64,000 nucleotides of DNA from Selaginella moellendorffii (taxonomy: Eukaryota; Plantae; Lycopodiophyta). The translations under genes and the position numbers were made by a program. This document shows positions 32,158 to 45,386 of the stretch, piece by piece (position 1 is the first letter of the stretch; each line of letters starts with the position of its first letter). The stretch spans positions 444,859 through 508,858 of the forward strand of contig NW_003314307.1 of assembly GCF_000143415.4 (NCBI RefSeq), given 5' to 3'. Below the pieces are notes generated by a model. It was not told the DNA's origin. It searched no databases and saw only the letters and a list, made by a program, of their open reading frames with translations.

Positions 32158-33811
32158 ATGCCCACCTCTTGCTGCAAGATGAAGCTTCCAGGGACTTTTG
32201 TGTTTGTCATGGTCTCACTTCTTTTCACCTTGCTTGTAGTTGCCTGTCAGGCTCTTGATCATCTGTCCACAAGTCCGGGCACTCAAATGAATTGGTTTTT
32301 GCTCGCCTTCGCTTGCATTCTGACTGCTGTGATATCTGTTTCATGGTGGCTGATGCTCAAGTCTCGATTGAGGCTGCCTCCGGGACCGATGGCACTGCCA
32401 ATTGTTGGCCACCTCCATCTTCTTCTCAAGCTCCCACACCAGTCATTCCACAAGCTCTCGCACAAGTTCGGTCCCATAATGACCATTAAGCTGGGAAACA
32501 AAACAGCCATCGTCATTTCATCCAAGAAAGCAGCAAAAGAAATCCTTACGTCTTACGATCGCGTCTTTGCGTCGAGGCCTGTTCTCATTTCCCCGCAAAG
32601 CCTGTGCTACAACTCGAAGAACATCTCTTGCTGCAAATATGGTCCCTACTGGAGGGAAATGAGGAAGATTTGCACGACGGAGCTGTTTAGTTCAAAACGT
32701 CTCTCCAGTTTCCAGAACACAAGGCTCGAGGAAACTCAAAATCTCCTGCAAAGAGTGGCCGAACAACTCAAAGTTCCCATCAACATGAAGATTGAGCTTT
32801 CAACTCTCACCTTGAATGTTATAACTCGCATGGCCATTGGCAAGAAGTTCCGTCATGGAGAGTTCTCGGAAGACGCAGAACCACTGAACGTGATCCTGGA
32901 GGCAGTACGGTTGATGGGAGCAGTCAATCTCGGCGACTACATACCTTTTCTCAAGCGGCTTGACCCTGGAGGATACATTCCACGTTTAAAAAAGACAAGC
33001 AAAAAGATTGATTGCATCTTACAGAGGCTTGTCGACGACCATCGAGAAGAAAAGGTGAAATCCGGCGACTTGGTGGACGTTCTACAGTCGGTCGGAATTG
33101 AGGACAGTGCCATAAAAGCCGTGATCCTGGTAAGCTCACAAAAGCAATTCTCATAAGAACTAAACCGCTCTTACGTCTCTGAAGGACATCCTTGCTGGAG
33201 GAACAGACACCACCGCAGTTACGACCGAGTGGGCCTTGTCGGAGCTCCTCAGAAATCCCGAGTGCCTGAGAAAAGTTCAGCAAGAGATTCATGTCATTGT
33301 TGGTGACAATCGTCTGGTGAACGAGAATGACCTCCATCATCTACACTACCTCAAAGCTGTGGTCAAAGAGACGTTTCGACTGCATCCAGCAGCTCCTATG
33401 ATGGCACCGCACGAGTCCATCGAAGCGTGCACTCTCAAAGGCTACACAATTCCGGCAAAAACATGGCTTCTAATTAATGCTTGGTCGATGGGACGCGATC
33501 CAGCTCAATGGGACTCACCGGAAGAATTCATGCCCGAGCGCTTCATAAACTCGTCTATAGATGTCAAAGGCTGCGACTTCGAGCTCATACCATTTGGAGC
33601 AGGCAGGAGGATGTGCGTGGGGATGTCTCTCGCACTGTGCATGGTAGAGCTCACTCTTGCACGGCTGGTGCAAGCATTTCACTGGGCCCTTCCTGACGGC
33701 AGCACCATGAACATGGAGGAGAGACAAGGCGTGATCGTCGCAAGAAAACATCCGCTTATCGCAGTGGCAAACCGGCGGCTTCCCCCCGAAGTCTACATAA
33801 ACACGTTGTAA
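32158..33811 (+). CDS. Cytochrome P450, CYP71 clan, one intron (about 33130-33185)
   Basis: LPPGP hinge, WREMRK, AGGTDT, KETFR, PERF, FGAGRRMCVG heme motif. Confidence 0.95.
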
Positions 33812-34053
33812 ATGACAAACACAAACATGAATACAAATAAAAAGACGTACCTTACGCCCACTGTGGGCGAAGAGCTGGATAAAAGTTAAAAGAACGTTCG
33901 CAACATCTCTGAAAATGCGAACCAGATTGCATTCTTCCCTGTCAATGTACATACACTCTAAGAAAACAAAAGGAGAGTCCAGTCCTGCCATGAAATGGAT
34001 GTTAACTTCAAGATAAAACATCATCGCAGCAACGTACCTAAGCTACAATTCTG

Positions 34054-35005
34054 CTAAGATCGCCCTTTCCACTTCCCGAGGATGCTAAACCAAAGAGACC
34101 GTAGCCACAACTGGATGGTCTGAAACGAAAAACCACTATGAGCGTTAAGCTGAATGCTATGTTACCTGAGAGAATCTCTCCAGCACGTTGGGCTCCTTCT
34201 GTACGTTTCTTTGGTTCTCCGCAGTGGTTCCAACTCGCCCCGCCGCTACGTTAAACTCGCTCTCTAGGCTCTTCTCCATGCTCTTCTTAGCTTTCTCTAG
34301 ATCCTCGCCCTTATCGGCCATCGCAGCTTCCTTCTCAAGAGCCTTTCGCTCGTCATAGTCGTCGAGAACTTCATTTACGTAAACCACAACCTGAAAACCA
34401 CAACAGGAAAAAAACGAAGAAAGAATGAGCAGCAATCCAAGAGAAACAAGGAAAAGTCTCACGTATAAGAAGAGTGCGTATAATGTGATCACACCAGCGT
34501 TTTGGAGCCACTGTGGAACTTGGTACTTCGGCGGAGGAGGCTCGTCAAACGCCCGACTTGATTCCACCAATGCCAGCAGCTGCTTCATACCTTCCGACGG
34601 CTTCTCGTCCTCAAAGAATGGCTCCAGCCTATCGAAAGTGGACACAAATTGCTCTTCCACAGTGCCTTGCTCCCTGGCCTCTCGCCGCTTAAATTTCTTC
34701 TTGTAGACCCTCACTTTCCTCTTCATGATATCGTTCATGAGATTTCGCTGTTCTCGCAGCTTCTCAAGCGTCAGCAGCTCGTAATCTTCTTCTTCCTGCG
34801 GCTCTTCTTCTTCATCTCTTCGCGCGGCTATTCTCGAGATTCTTGCTACATTGTGAGAATGCAGACCTCTGATACTAGCGCTTGACATACCGCATGGCCT
34901 GGCGGCGCTGATCGAGCGCTCTACTTGCGATCTCGATCGCGAAACCCTCGAGACCCGGCCGGCTCCATCGAAGCTGGAGGAGAATGCCATCGCCAACGAC
35001 GCCAT
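34054..35005 (-). CDS. Unknown, probably plastid-targeted single-TM protein (3 coding exons)
   Basis: Ser/Arg-rich, acid-poor N-terminus MASLAMAFSSS...; charged helical region; hydrophobic segment; inferred last exon TIQLWLRSLWFSILGKWKGRS*. Confidence 0.6.
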
Positions 35006-35056
35006 GGTATCTAAACCCCTAAAATTTCTCGCTAGAACCCTAAATTTTCTTTCTCA

Positions 35057-36258
35057 ATGGAGGGGGATGAAGCGGCAGTGCTGCGCGCGCTGGAGAAGAT
35101 CGAGAGGGACTGGGAGGGAATGCGCAGGGATGCCAAGAGCAAGATCGATGCCGTCGCCGCTTGTAGATCCGTTGGTGACGCTAGGTCTCTCCCGCGTCTC
35201 AATGCGCTCGCGCAGGATTCCCTGGCGGCAATTCGATCGCTAATGGGAAACATGGAGGTTCTCATTCCACAGCACCCAAGGTAGGGAAAGGAATCATAGT
35301 TTTAGCTGCGAGAAAGAGAATGAATTTTTTTTCCATCAGTGAAGAGGCTAGCGAGGGTTACGAGCTCTTGCTATCAAATTTTAAAGACGAGTATGAAGCG
35401 TAAGTATTGTTTTGTAACTTTTCTTGTTTCCTTTGCCTCTTGTTCGATCTGATCCTTGCTTCTAGATTGAGATTGAGTCTCCGGAGTGCCAATTTACGAG
35501 CCAAGTCCAACATAGGAAAATCTGCAAACGAAGAGGTATTCTTTTCTTCTTGCTTGCGAAAAAATCTTTCTTTGATAGCCTGTTGCTACATCAGAGAGAG
35601 ATGCTACTCTCTGGTGGTAAAGAGGGGACGCTAAGACGACGGAATCTCGAGTAAGTCGGTCAGTGTAGTCCTTTTGAAAGATAAGAATGGTTTGCAACCT
35701 CAGGACTCAAGCAGGAATGGCTGCCGCTGCCGAAAACGTCACGGAAACATTGAGACGAACGAGACAATTGATGGTTCAGGTTGGTTCTAAAATCTCAATT
35801 TTCTGCTCAATTCAATCATATTTTCTCTTTCCAACCATAGGAAATCGATCGGGGATCGACGACTTTGTCAGCTCTTGGTGAGTTTTCCATCCAATCTATG
35901 GTGTCTAAACTTCGCTAAATTTTCATCCAGATCACTCTTCCACCATGCTGTACAAAACCGAGTCTGAGTATTCAGGCCAAACATCACTGTTCCAGACGAC
36001 AAGACGTCTTCTCTCCGTTCTGACTCGCCATGACGTTCTAGACAGGTGATCGATCAAACAGACTCACGACTTAGTTCTTTCGTTCTACTTTGCTGCTTAA
36101 AATCTGTGCGTTTCTCCTTGTGTAGGCTCATACTAATCGTTGGAGCTCTGTTCTTCATCATGGTCTGTGCATATATCTTGAAGAAGAGATTTATCCCCCA
36201 GAGAGTCAAGAAGTTCGCTCCTCCCTCTCATCCTATTGTGTACCAAGACGAGCTCTAA
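35057..36258 (+). CDS. SEC20: SEC20/BNIP1-like ER SNARE, multi-exon
   Basis: SLPRLNALAQD, LRLSLRSANLRAK, AENVTETLRRTRQLMVQEIDR SNARE helix, C-terminal TM, ends QDEL. Confidence 0.85.
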
Positions 36259-36416
36259 ATCATCTAAGCTTGGACGGTGGCGATTGCGTCGCGGCAAATG
36301 TAATTTATTTGAAATTTGAAATGCCCTAGTTTGAACGGTGGCGATTGAGAAGCTTGGTCTCGCGGCAAATGTGATTTAAAATCTAGGGCAAGCGCGAGCC
36401 CGAAACGAACAAAGAA

Positions 36417-36985
36417 ATGGGGAACGATTGGAGGATCCTGAACGCGAACGAGGAGCCGGATTACGACACGGTGAGGGTAATGCTTCCAAATCCCAAGTGC
36501 GCCTTGCTCTACTCCTTCCCTCCAGAAGGAAAGCCCGCCAAAATCATCCAAGAAACTTGGGGCTATGGAGCTCGCCGCGATCTCGTCGATGGCCAGGGTC
36601 GCGTCTTCCGGGCCAACGACATTGTCCCTCGCGGGACGATTCTCTACGCTCGAGGTATCGCAAAGAACACTCCTCTTTTGCTCGATCAAAAACTGATTTT
36701 TTTTCTCTGGATCAAACAGTGCCATACACCGTGAGACGATCGCCATTCCAACCGGCTGGAGCACATCACCAGGACTGCGATTGCGCGCTCGTCCACAACG
36801 CCGACGACGAGCTCATAGCGAAAATTCCCATCGATCCCCAAGGCAAAACCACGGCCGCGGAGATTCTAGCCAACAAGGTGGACTGGTGTTACTTGAGAGA
36901 CGCTATCGGCGAGCAGATAAGAAACGATGCGTTCATCTTGCCTGGAACCAAAGTCTGGGTTCACAACATCCCGGCACACAGTTGA
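36417..36985 (+). CDS. Small orphan protein with two internal repeats (possible tandem beta-grasp domains), intron 36655-36718
   Basis: The spliced ORF is continuous; repeat LVDGQGRVFRANDIVPRGTILY vs LRDAIGEQIRNDAFILPGTKVW. Confidence 0.55.
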
Positions 36986-37095
36986 GTCAATTTTTAAGCT
37001 CTGAGGATTTGCTTACACTACTCTTCTTCGCACAGGTTCATACGATCGTAGGAGCGGATGATTCTCAAAAGTGTAAAGAAGACTTCGACTGATCG

Positions 37096-38274
37096 TCACT
37101 GTTTACTGTGTTGTAGTTCCTAAGGAGTTTAGCAAGTTAGCTACTCATACAACCAAAATCGATGTAGAGACTTACCTGCATTAGAGATTCCACGCGACAA
37201 GATTGTATTTTCCTGTGTTCTCGCACAGCCTCATCGCTCTGGAACATAACCTCGCTTTGTTAATGGTTGAATCGACACAAGGGTATGTGCTTACATTGAC
37301 AGCGTCGATTTCCATTTGCAAACTTTTCAAATTCTCCACCAGTTCTTCGCATCTATGCTGCGGTACCCAAAGATCACGAGTCAGAAAACTCTAGAAAAAA
37401 GAAAACAAGAACAAGCGCAAACTTGCTGGACTTGAGAACTGGAGTCGAGAAAACTCGCAACCTGCTTCTCGAGCTCGTCAATCTGCGGCAGAGCACGATT
37501 AAAGCCACTAACTCAGCAAACAAAGAGCGAAGGCACCTTTCTGGAAATGGCTAACATGGTTCCTAGAGGAGTTAATCTCGCTGAACCTGGATCGTTAGAC
37601 TTGCTGCCTCTCGCAAGCCGCTTCTCCATTGCCCGTATTCGTCGAGCACGAAGCTCTTCGATACTCCCGGGGATTTCCAAGCACTGCGTCTCAGTATCAT
37701 CGTCATCCGCGACCCTGTCACCATTTTCTTCTGGAGCGTGTTGGCCTGTTGCGTTGTTTGCTCCACCCAAACGCTTGCCACCTGATAGCTTTAAAAAGTC
37801 AGTGGATCGATCAACCAAGAAACTCAAAGAAAAGCATCACACTCATCTATGGTAGACACTGGTGGTTTCTTAGGAACAACCAGAGAGTTCACGGAAGATC
37901 ACGGACGATCAGGAAGGCCAGGAAGAAAAAAAAGAAACAAAAACTTCAAAGACCACGTTGCCTAGAACTAAAATGTCAAACAAAGAGAGAAATGGAAAAT
38001 TCCACGAGCTTAATCGCTAAGAAGAGTCAGAGGCTGTCGGCATTCTTCGCTAGCATGTCGTAGGCCACACGTCAAGGAGAAGATTTGAGGCACGCACGAA
38101 GGAGGAAGCGAGAAGGAAAAGAGGGCAAGAATGTCTACCGGGATTTCTCCGCTTCACAAGATGCCCAATCACAAGAATCGTGAACGCTGCGATGGCGAGG
38201 AATGGAAGCCCGATCGTGACGCGCTTGGCCGCTGAGGAATCCGCACGGAAGGCACGGCTATGCAGCTCCGCCAT
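37096..38274 (-). CDS. Multi-exon protein with N-terminal TM and C-terminal BAG-like domain
   Basis: Exon 1 contains IGLPFLAIAAFTILVIGHLV. Later exons read IDELEKQV..., CEELVENLKSLQMEIDAVN|SDEAVREHRKIQSCRVESLMQ, matching the BAG helix 2/3 pattern. The link between exon 1 and the rest is inferred. Confidence 0.55.
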
Positions 38275-38419
38275 GGAAATATTTCCTACCTATCTACCTA
38301 GAAGCTCGATCGATTAGGGTTCTTCGGCATCCACAGGAAAAGAGAGAGAGAGGAAAGATTCTCCTGTCAGCAGACAATGCTAGAATGCTGAAAAGATCTT
38401 TCCTCCTCTAGCGTGATCG

Positions 38420-41400
38420 ATGGAAACGCCGGTGCTATGGCTCTTCCGGCGCCAGTTCTCGGCGCTCTTCTACAAGAATATCATGCTTTCGCTGCGGCGC
38501 AAGCGCTCCACGATAATCCACTTCTCCTCGGCGTTCTTGTTCGTGCTGCTCATCTTTGGCGTGGATCAAGCGATCCAGGCGAGTAGAAGAGGGACTACTT
38601 CCTACCGGGACGTCAAGTCTCCCCCGGCAACGGCGATCTCGCCGATCGTTCCTTGCGAGACCGGGTATTTCATGAGGGATCCGTGCTACGATTTCGTGTG
38701 GAGTGGGAATTCCAGCGCCACCGCAGCTCGGATCGTGCTGGAAATATTGCGGAACAATCCCGGGCGACCGATACCACCGTCCAAGGTAAGATCTCTTCCT
38801 CCATAGCTTCATAGCTTCATAGCTTTAGTTACTTAGCGAATGGCTCTCTCTTCGATCGTAGACATTGGGCTTTGCTACCCCGGACGACGTGGATAGATGG
38901 CTCCTCGCGCATCCATTGCAGTGTCCTGGAGCTCTTCATCTGGAAGAACGGCAGCCAAACGTGATCGCGTATGGAATCCAAACGAATTCCACCGCCAAGA
39001 TCATTCGCGGGACGTTTGAGGACACTGTGTTTAAGTTCCAGCTCCCTTTGCAAGCCGCCGCCGAGAGGGAGATCAGTCGCTTTTTGACAAGAGGTAAGAC
39101 CAACCAAGCGAGAAGTTTTGTCTTCTCTTTATCCGTGAAGGAATCTCACTTTTAGTTGCTACAGATCCGAGTCTTGGATGGAACGTTTCGTTTGCGGAGT
39201 ATCCACATCCAGCGAGAACAACATTTTCTACGGTCGGAACTATCGGTCCCACTTTCTTGCTCGCCGCCACCATGTTTGGATTTGTCATTCAGCTAAGCAA
39301 TTTGGTTTCCGAGAAGGAGCTCAAGCTTCGTCAGGTATGATTCATCGACGATTATGGTCTGATCATCTTAAACGCTTTGAGCAGGCAATGTCTGTTATGG
39401 GGTTGATGGATTCCGTGTATTGGTCGACATGGCTGATATGGGACGTGTGCTTGACTTTCCTCTCGTCGATGGTGCTGGTCCTTTCCGGCATGATGTTCCA
39501 GTTTAATTTCTTCCTGGACAACGATTTTGGCGTGCTTTTCCTCGTTTTCTTTCTCTTTCAGACGAACATGGTACGTATTAACTACTGAAGTTGTTCTTCG
39601 ACAATTTGCAGCTGGATGTAGGTGGCCTTTTCCTTTCTGCTGTCCACTTTCGTTACGAAAACATCGTCAGCAAACACTGTTGGTTTTGTGGTTTTCATTG
39701 TCGGTTTTGTAACACAGGTAAGATTCTTATTATTGACAAAGTTCACTAAGTTGATACGTATTTTGGCTCCTTTTTTTGATCAATTTCTGCCAGTTGGTGA
39801 CCGCATTTGGTTTCCCTTACAGCAACTCCTATTCTAAATTGTATCAAATTATTTGGTCTTTTTTTCCTCCCAATATTTTCGCGGCTGGCATGAGTGATTT
39901 GGGAAAGGCCAGCTCCGAAAGCTCCGGATATACTTGGGCTGGTCGTAATCGTTGTCCTCCTAGAGATAATGAAACTGATTGTGTCCTCACCTTGGTAAGC
40001 ACCTATTTGTTTTGAAGTACAAACGACTCAAAAAATTTCTCACGTCCCAGGAGCAAGGATACTATTGGCTAATAGGAACATTCTTTCTATGGCTTGTGCT
40101 CGCGATATACTTTGACAACGTTCTTCCGGATGTAAATGGGGTTCGTAAGCCATGGTTTTACTTTACACATGCATCTTACTGGACAGGAAACATGAATGAG
40201 AAAGAAACAACAGGTATTAGATTGAGATTATCTTCAAGCTGTTGGTAACTATGTCTCTGCTTATCTAGGATGTTGTGGACGTAAAATTTTACCTTCACCA
40301 CCACCTGGAACTGCTACAGACGACGATGTGAAAGCCGAAGAAGACTCGGTGAAACAAAATGATGTTGATCCGCTGATTGCTGTACAAGTACGAGGTCTGG
40401 TAAAGACATTCTCGGGTTCACGGAAAAAGGCAGGCTGCTGTCGGTGGCGAAGGGTACCTCCTCAACACGCTGTTCAGGTAATAATTCTTAAAACGTATTT
40501 CATACGGGCTCATTACTTCCTGGCAGGGCTGCTGGTTCAGCATTGAGAATCAGAAGCTATTCTGCCTCTTGGGTGCCAATGGAGCTGGAAAAACGACGAC
40601 AATAAACTGTTTAACTGGTATACTTCCGGTTACTGCCGGCGATGGTAAGTTCAACTGTTGAGTTGTTATCGTTGGAGATAACCTTTGCACGTAGCGTATG
40701 TTTACGGCGAGTCGATAAAAAGTACTCACGGCATGAACCGTATTCGAAGCTACATGGGCGTCTGCCCACAGGTGAGACCTTTTTGACTTCGGAAAACTCT
40801 GAGAAAGTTTAGCTGTGTCTTTTCCATAAAGTTTGATATATTATGGGGCTCTTTAACTGGACGGGAGCATCTACACATTTTTGCAAAGATTAAAGGAATT
40901 GACCAGACTAAACAACGCGAGGTACGCTAATGCTAGCATTCTTTTGTGTTTTGTAACCTTTTGAATGCAGAAAGTAGAGGAGATGCTTGCGAAAGTTAAA
41001 TTGACAGAGGCTGGAAACACAAGATCCGATTCTTACAGCGGCGGAATGAAGCGACGGTTAAGTGTTGCCATTTCACTCGTTGGAGATCCGAAAGTGCTGT
41101 ATTTGGATGAACCTGTAAGTGCTTATAATGCTTGTGGAAATCATACTCATTCTTTGAATGGCAGACAACGGGAATGGACCCTATAATGCGTAGGCACGTA
41201 TGGGACGTGATAGAAGATGCGAAGAAAAACTGTGCCATAATTCTTACGACCCACTCAATGGAAGAAGCTGACGTTCTAGCGGATCGAATCGCGATCATGG
41301 CGAAAGGAAAGCTTCAATGCATTGGTAGCTCAATCCATTTGAAGTCCAAGTATGGGACTGGATACAAGATCAGCGTTGGCGTTGAAAACGGGTTTTCTGG

Positions 41401-42100
41401 AAGTGCTGCCGAAGTCGAGGAGGAAGAACGAGTAAAACGGGCTGGCATCAAGGCATACTTTCATGAGGTAAGCCTGGCAGTTTTACATATTCATTAAAAA
41501 AAAAAGCTAAATTGCGTTGCTCTTTCAGCATCTTAATCTTGCTCCTTGTGAAGAAACGAAAGCGTACGTAACGTTCGCTGTTCCTCAAAGCCAGCCTAAA
41601 CTCGCAGTACGTAAAAATCAATACTTCCAGAGTGGTTCTCACTATACTTTTACATTGGATGCAGGATTTCTTTGAAGAATTGAGCTACAAGTCGAAGGAG
41701 CTTGGCATCACCGACATCCAGCTGGGCTTGACAACGTTAGAGGACGTGTTTCTAAACATTGCCAAGAGAGCTGAGCTCCAAAACTCCGAGGGTCGGCTGG
41801 AGCAACTTCGTCTCTCCGATGGGATGGTTCTCATGGTGAGTAGTAAAACATGAACTTCGTGGTATGGTAAATGATGATCCTCGTGTCATACACCAGGTAC
41901 CCGTTGGTACGCGATACTTTCCAGTCCCCGGCACAGTCACCGAAGATCATCCACTGGGAATGATGGTGGAGATCTTCTGGCAGCAGGACGAGAATGGCTC
42001 TCTTTGCATTCGAGACTTCTCAGAGCTAAGGCCAGCTCCGGAAACGCTAGCGATGGATCAAGCGAGGTTGAGCTCCGTGATCCGGAACATTCTCGAGTGA
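38420..42100 (+). CDS. ABC transporter subfamily A, half-size (ABCA2/ATH-like), multi-exon
   Basis: LVSEKELKLRQAMSVMGL, Walker A LLGANGAGKTT, GVCPQFDILW, YSGGMKRRLSVA, LYLDEPTTGMDP, LTTHSMEEAD, TTLEDVFLNIA. Confidence 0.94.
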
Positions 42101-42537
42101 CAAGAAAAGGGGTACTTTTGATCTTTAGATTTCTTCGAGCTAAAGAAGAAATGAACATCTGATCAATCCCAGGATCAAACGATCCAGAAACTTGGCGATC
42201 TCGAAGATGATCGATTAATCCGTCCAGAGATAAAGTCACAAGGCCGGGAAAGAATCAAAGAAGTATTTTAAAGTCATGGAAGTGTAGCCAGTAATGGCTG
42301 GCTCTATTGTACGACACTTTATACCAAAGCGCCACCGACACCATGGCCACAAAACGCCATGCTGTACGAACATCCATGTCTAGTGATTATATCCGTGACT
42401 ATCTGGGCCATGTGGCCACAACTACCATATTGCCAGGAGACTCTTGTGCGCGTAGAGAAGGCGAGAAGGCGATGGGCGCCAAGGGCTAGGTTTTGCGCGG
42501 CGGGCGAGAGGAGGAGGAGCTAGCGGGAGCTGGAGAT

Positions 42538-45075
42538 ATGGCGCTCATCAGCGGCTTCATCGTCGGCTTCATCGTGGGAATAACGCTTGTTCTTGGCTTC
42601 GTCCTGTCCGAGAATCGGCGCTCGCATTCCCGGCAGCGGCTCGTAAGTTGTCATTTCCTGTGATCGCCGGAGTGATTCCTTCTCTTATTTCCAGGCGATC
42701 GCGACGAGCGCTCTCTCCAAGCTCAGCCTGGATGATTTAAGGAAGGTCTTCAGCAATTACAAACAGCCAATGCCTCCGTGGATAGTTTTCTCACAGTCTC
42801 ACAAGGTACACTCTAGAAAATTCTCGATGGAACTCTACAGCATTGTTGTTTGTTTTTTCTTCGTGGATTTGTTTGTAGGTTAGCTGGATGAACCAGGAGT
42901 TGCGAAGGATCTGGCCTTACGTTGATCAGGTACTTCGAAGTGGATAAACACGAATGTGGTTTGATTGATGCACAGGCAGCGTCTGAATTGGCCCGGACTA
43001 TTGTAGAGCCGATACTCGATCAGTACAAGCCACCTCTTATTTCCTCTCTAAAGTTTAATAAGTTCACGCTCGGGACAGTTGCTCCTCAGTTTGTAGGTGG
43101 ACTTTCGTTTCCCTTTTCTTCTTTTGATTGTTTTGTTGATCGACTAACACTCGCTTGTTTCTACAGGCATTGGTATGGTCGACGATATGGAGAATGAAGT
43201 CGTAATGGAGATCGAGTTGGAGTGGGATGGCAATCCGAGCATTATATTGGGTGTCACTACTTCTTTCGGTGTCTCGCTACCTATTCAGGTTGGTTTGGAT
43301 CGCTGGCGCTGATTGTCTCTCGTATTTCCATTCCAGATGTTCCAGTTCCTTCGTTGAGCTCTGGTTTACTATTTAACCAGTCGTATTGATCTACTCGTAG
43401 GTGAAAAATGCGGCGTTTGCTGGAATCTTTCGAGTGATATTTAAACCGCTGGTTAAGGATCTTCCTTGCTTCGGTGCTATTGTGTATTCTTTGCGTAGAC
43501 AGGTACGTGGAGCAATCTCAATTCTCCGTTTTCATCACTTATAACTGCAGAAAAAACTGGATTTTACACTAAAAGTGATAGGAGGAGATATTAAGTCCGT
43601 GCCCGGACTGGCAGGAGCTATTGATGTAAGTCTCGAGAGAATGTTACTGCGGTCACGGAATCGACATGTTTTTTTTTTCTCTCTCTCTCAGGAGATGATA
43701 AAAACTGCAATAACAGACTCTCTGCTGTGGCCGGTGCGGCAAATAGTTCCCATCGTACCAGGAGATTACTCGTATGTATATGCTTTTCCTTGTATTATAC
43801 TGATGCATTTGTTTTGGTAGAAATTTAGAACTCCGAGTTGTTGGAACTTTGCACGTAAAGCTTGTACAAGCGAAGGATTTATTGAATAAAGACTTGGCAG
43901 GCAAGTCTGATCCTTTTGCTCGAACGTTCATCAGGCCCATCCCCAGCCGCATGAAAAGAAGCAAGACCCAGGTAACATCCAATTCTGTAGTTTTGAAGTT
44001 TTTTACTGATTGAGATGCACTATCAGAACAATGACCTACATCCCATTTGGAATGAAAAGTACATCTTTGACGTTGAGGATCCTTCCACTCAACAATTGAC
44101 TGTGCAAGTTTTCGACGATGAAGGTGTTCAGGCATCCGAGTTTATTGGCGGTGCTCTTTTCCCTTTGAAGAACTTGGAACCAGGAGTCCTGAAAGACGTG
44201 TGGCTCACATTGGTGAAAGATCTTGACAATGTCAAGGAACACAAGTATCGTGGACAGGTTTGATATATTATTTTTATATTGTTTATTCTTGCAATGTAAT
44301 TGCTATATTTCAGGTACAAGTGGAGCTCCTCTATCATGAGCATGGAACAGTTAATCCTTACTTGAAACGAAAGTTTCCAATGACTTCTTTGGAAACGTTG
44401 ATGACAAACAGCAATGGGCATCCGCAGCAAGAATTACAGGCTAGTCCAGGAAAAACTCTTGCTAGTCCAAGACGAATGGATACATCTCCGCAAAGCTTCC
44501 AACCTTCGCATGTCGACTTGGTCTCTCCCAGGATAGATGAAGATGATGAATTTAACCGCGGAGTTCTTACGGTGACCGTTATCAGAGCTGAGAACTTGAT
44601 AGCGGCCGACACAAATGGTTTGGCAGATCCTTATGCGGTCTTGCGAATGAAGAAAAGCGATCAAAAGATCAGAACTAAGGTAAGCAGGAAACATAACTGT
44701 TTTTCAAGTTTTAATATGTGACTGTGTGACTTTATAAAACAGGTGCTCAATAAAACGCTCCAGCCAGAGTGGAACCAGACGTTTGATTTTGTGGTGGAGG
44801 ACGCCATTCATGATATGTTAATTGTCGAAATCTGGGATCACGATACGTTTGGCAAGGTCTGTCGCATGATGATTTTCTCCGTAGAAGTTATTGGACGCGT
44901 AGCAGTAACATTGTCACTGCTGCAGGATTACATGGGCCGCTGTGCACTAACGCTGTCCAGAGTTGTCCGAGAGGAAGAATATGAAGAAGGCTACCAGCTG
45001 GATGGTGTTAAAAGCGGCAAGATTTTTCTTCACATGAAGTGGACATCGCAACCACTTAGTGCACACTTTGGGTAA
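42538..45075 (+). CDS. Plant synaptotagmin (TM, SMP, two C2 domains), SYT4/5-like
   Basis: MALISGFIVGFIVGITLV; WMNQELRRIWPYVDQAAS; KFTLGTVAPQF; GTLHVKLVQAKDL..D..GKSDPF; GVLTVTVIRAENL..D.NGLADPY; WDHDTFGKD. Confidence 0.93.
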
Positions 45076-45386
45076 CGATGAATCGTCGCGTACATATCTT
45101 TCTGCTGGTGACGATCGAAAGTTTTGTAGGAAATTCTGACAGACAGGTGCCAGATAACATCTTGAAGTGAATTGCTTCGTAATAAAAGCACTACAAAAAG
45201 AGTGTTCCCTGTTCTATACAAATTCGTGCCGGTAAGCTTTTGCTGCTAAAATCAGCTCCTTTGGAAAAAGGAGGAAAAAGCCGAGGCAAAAATCCTGGCT
45301 GCCGCAACCGATACTGAAAGCCTTGCAGGAACGAGAAGAATGTTTCGTCCCAACTTGTGAAGACTTTACCAGATCTCGCGCGCTGC

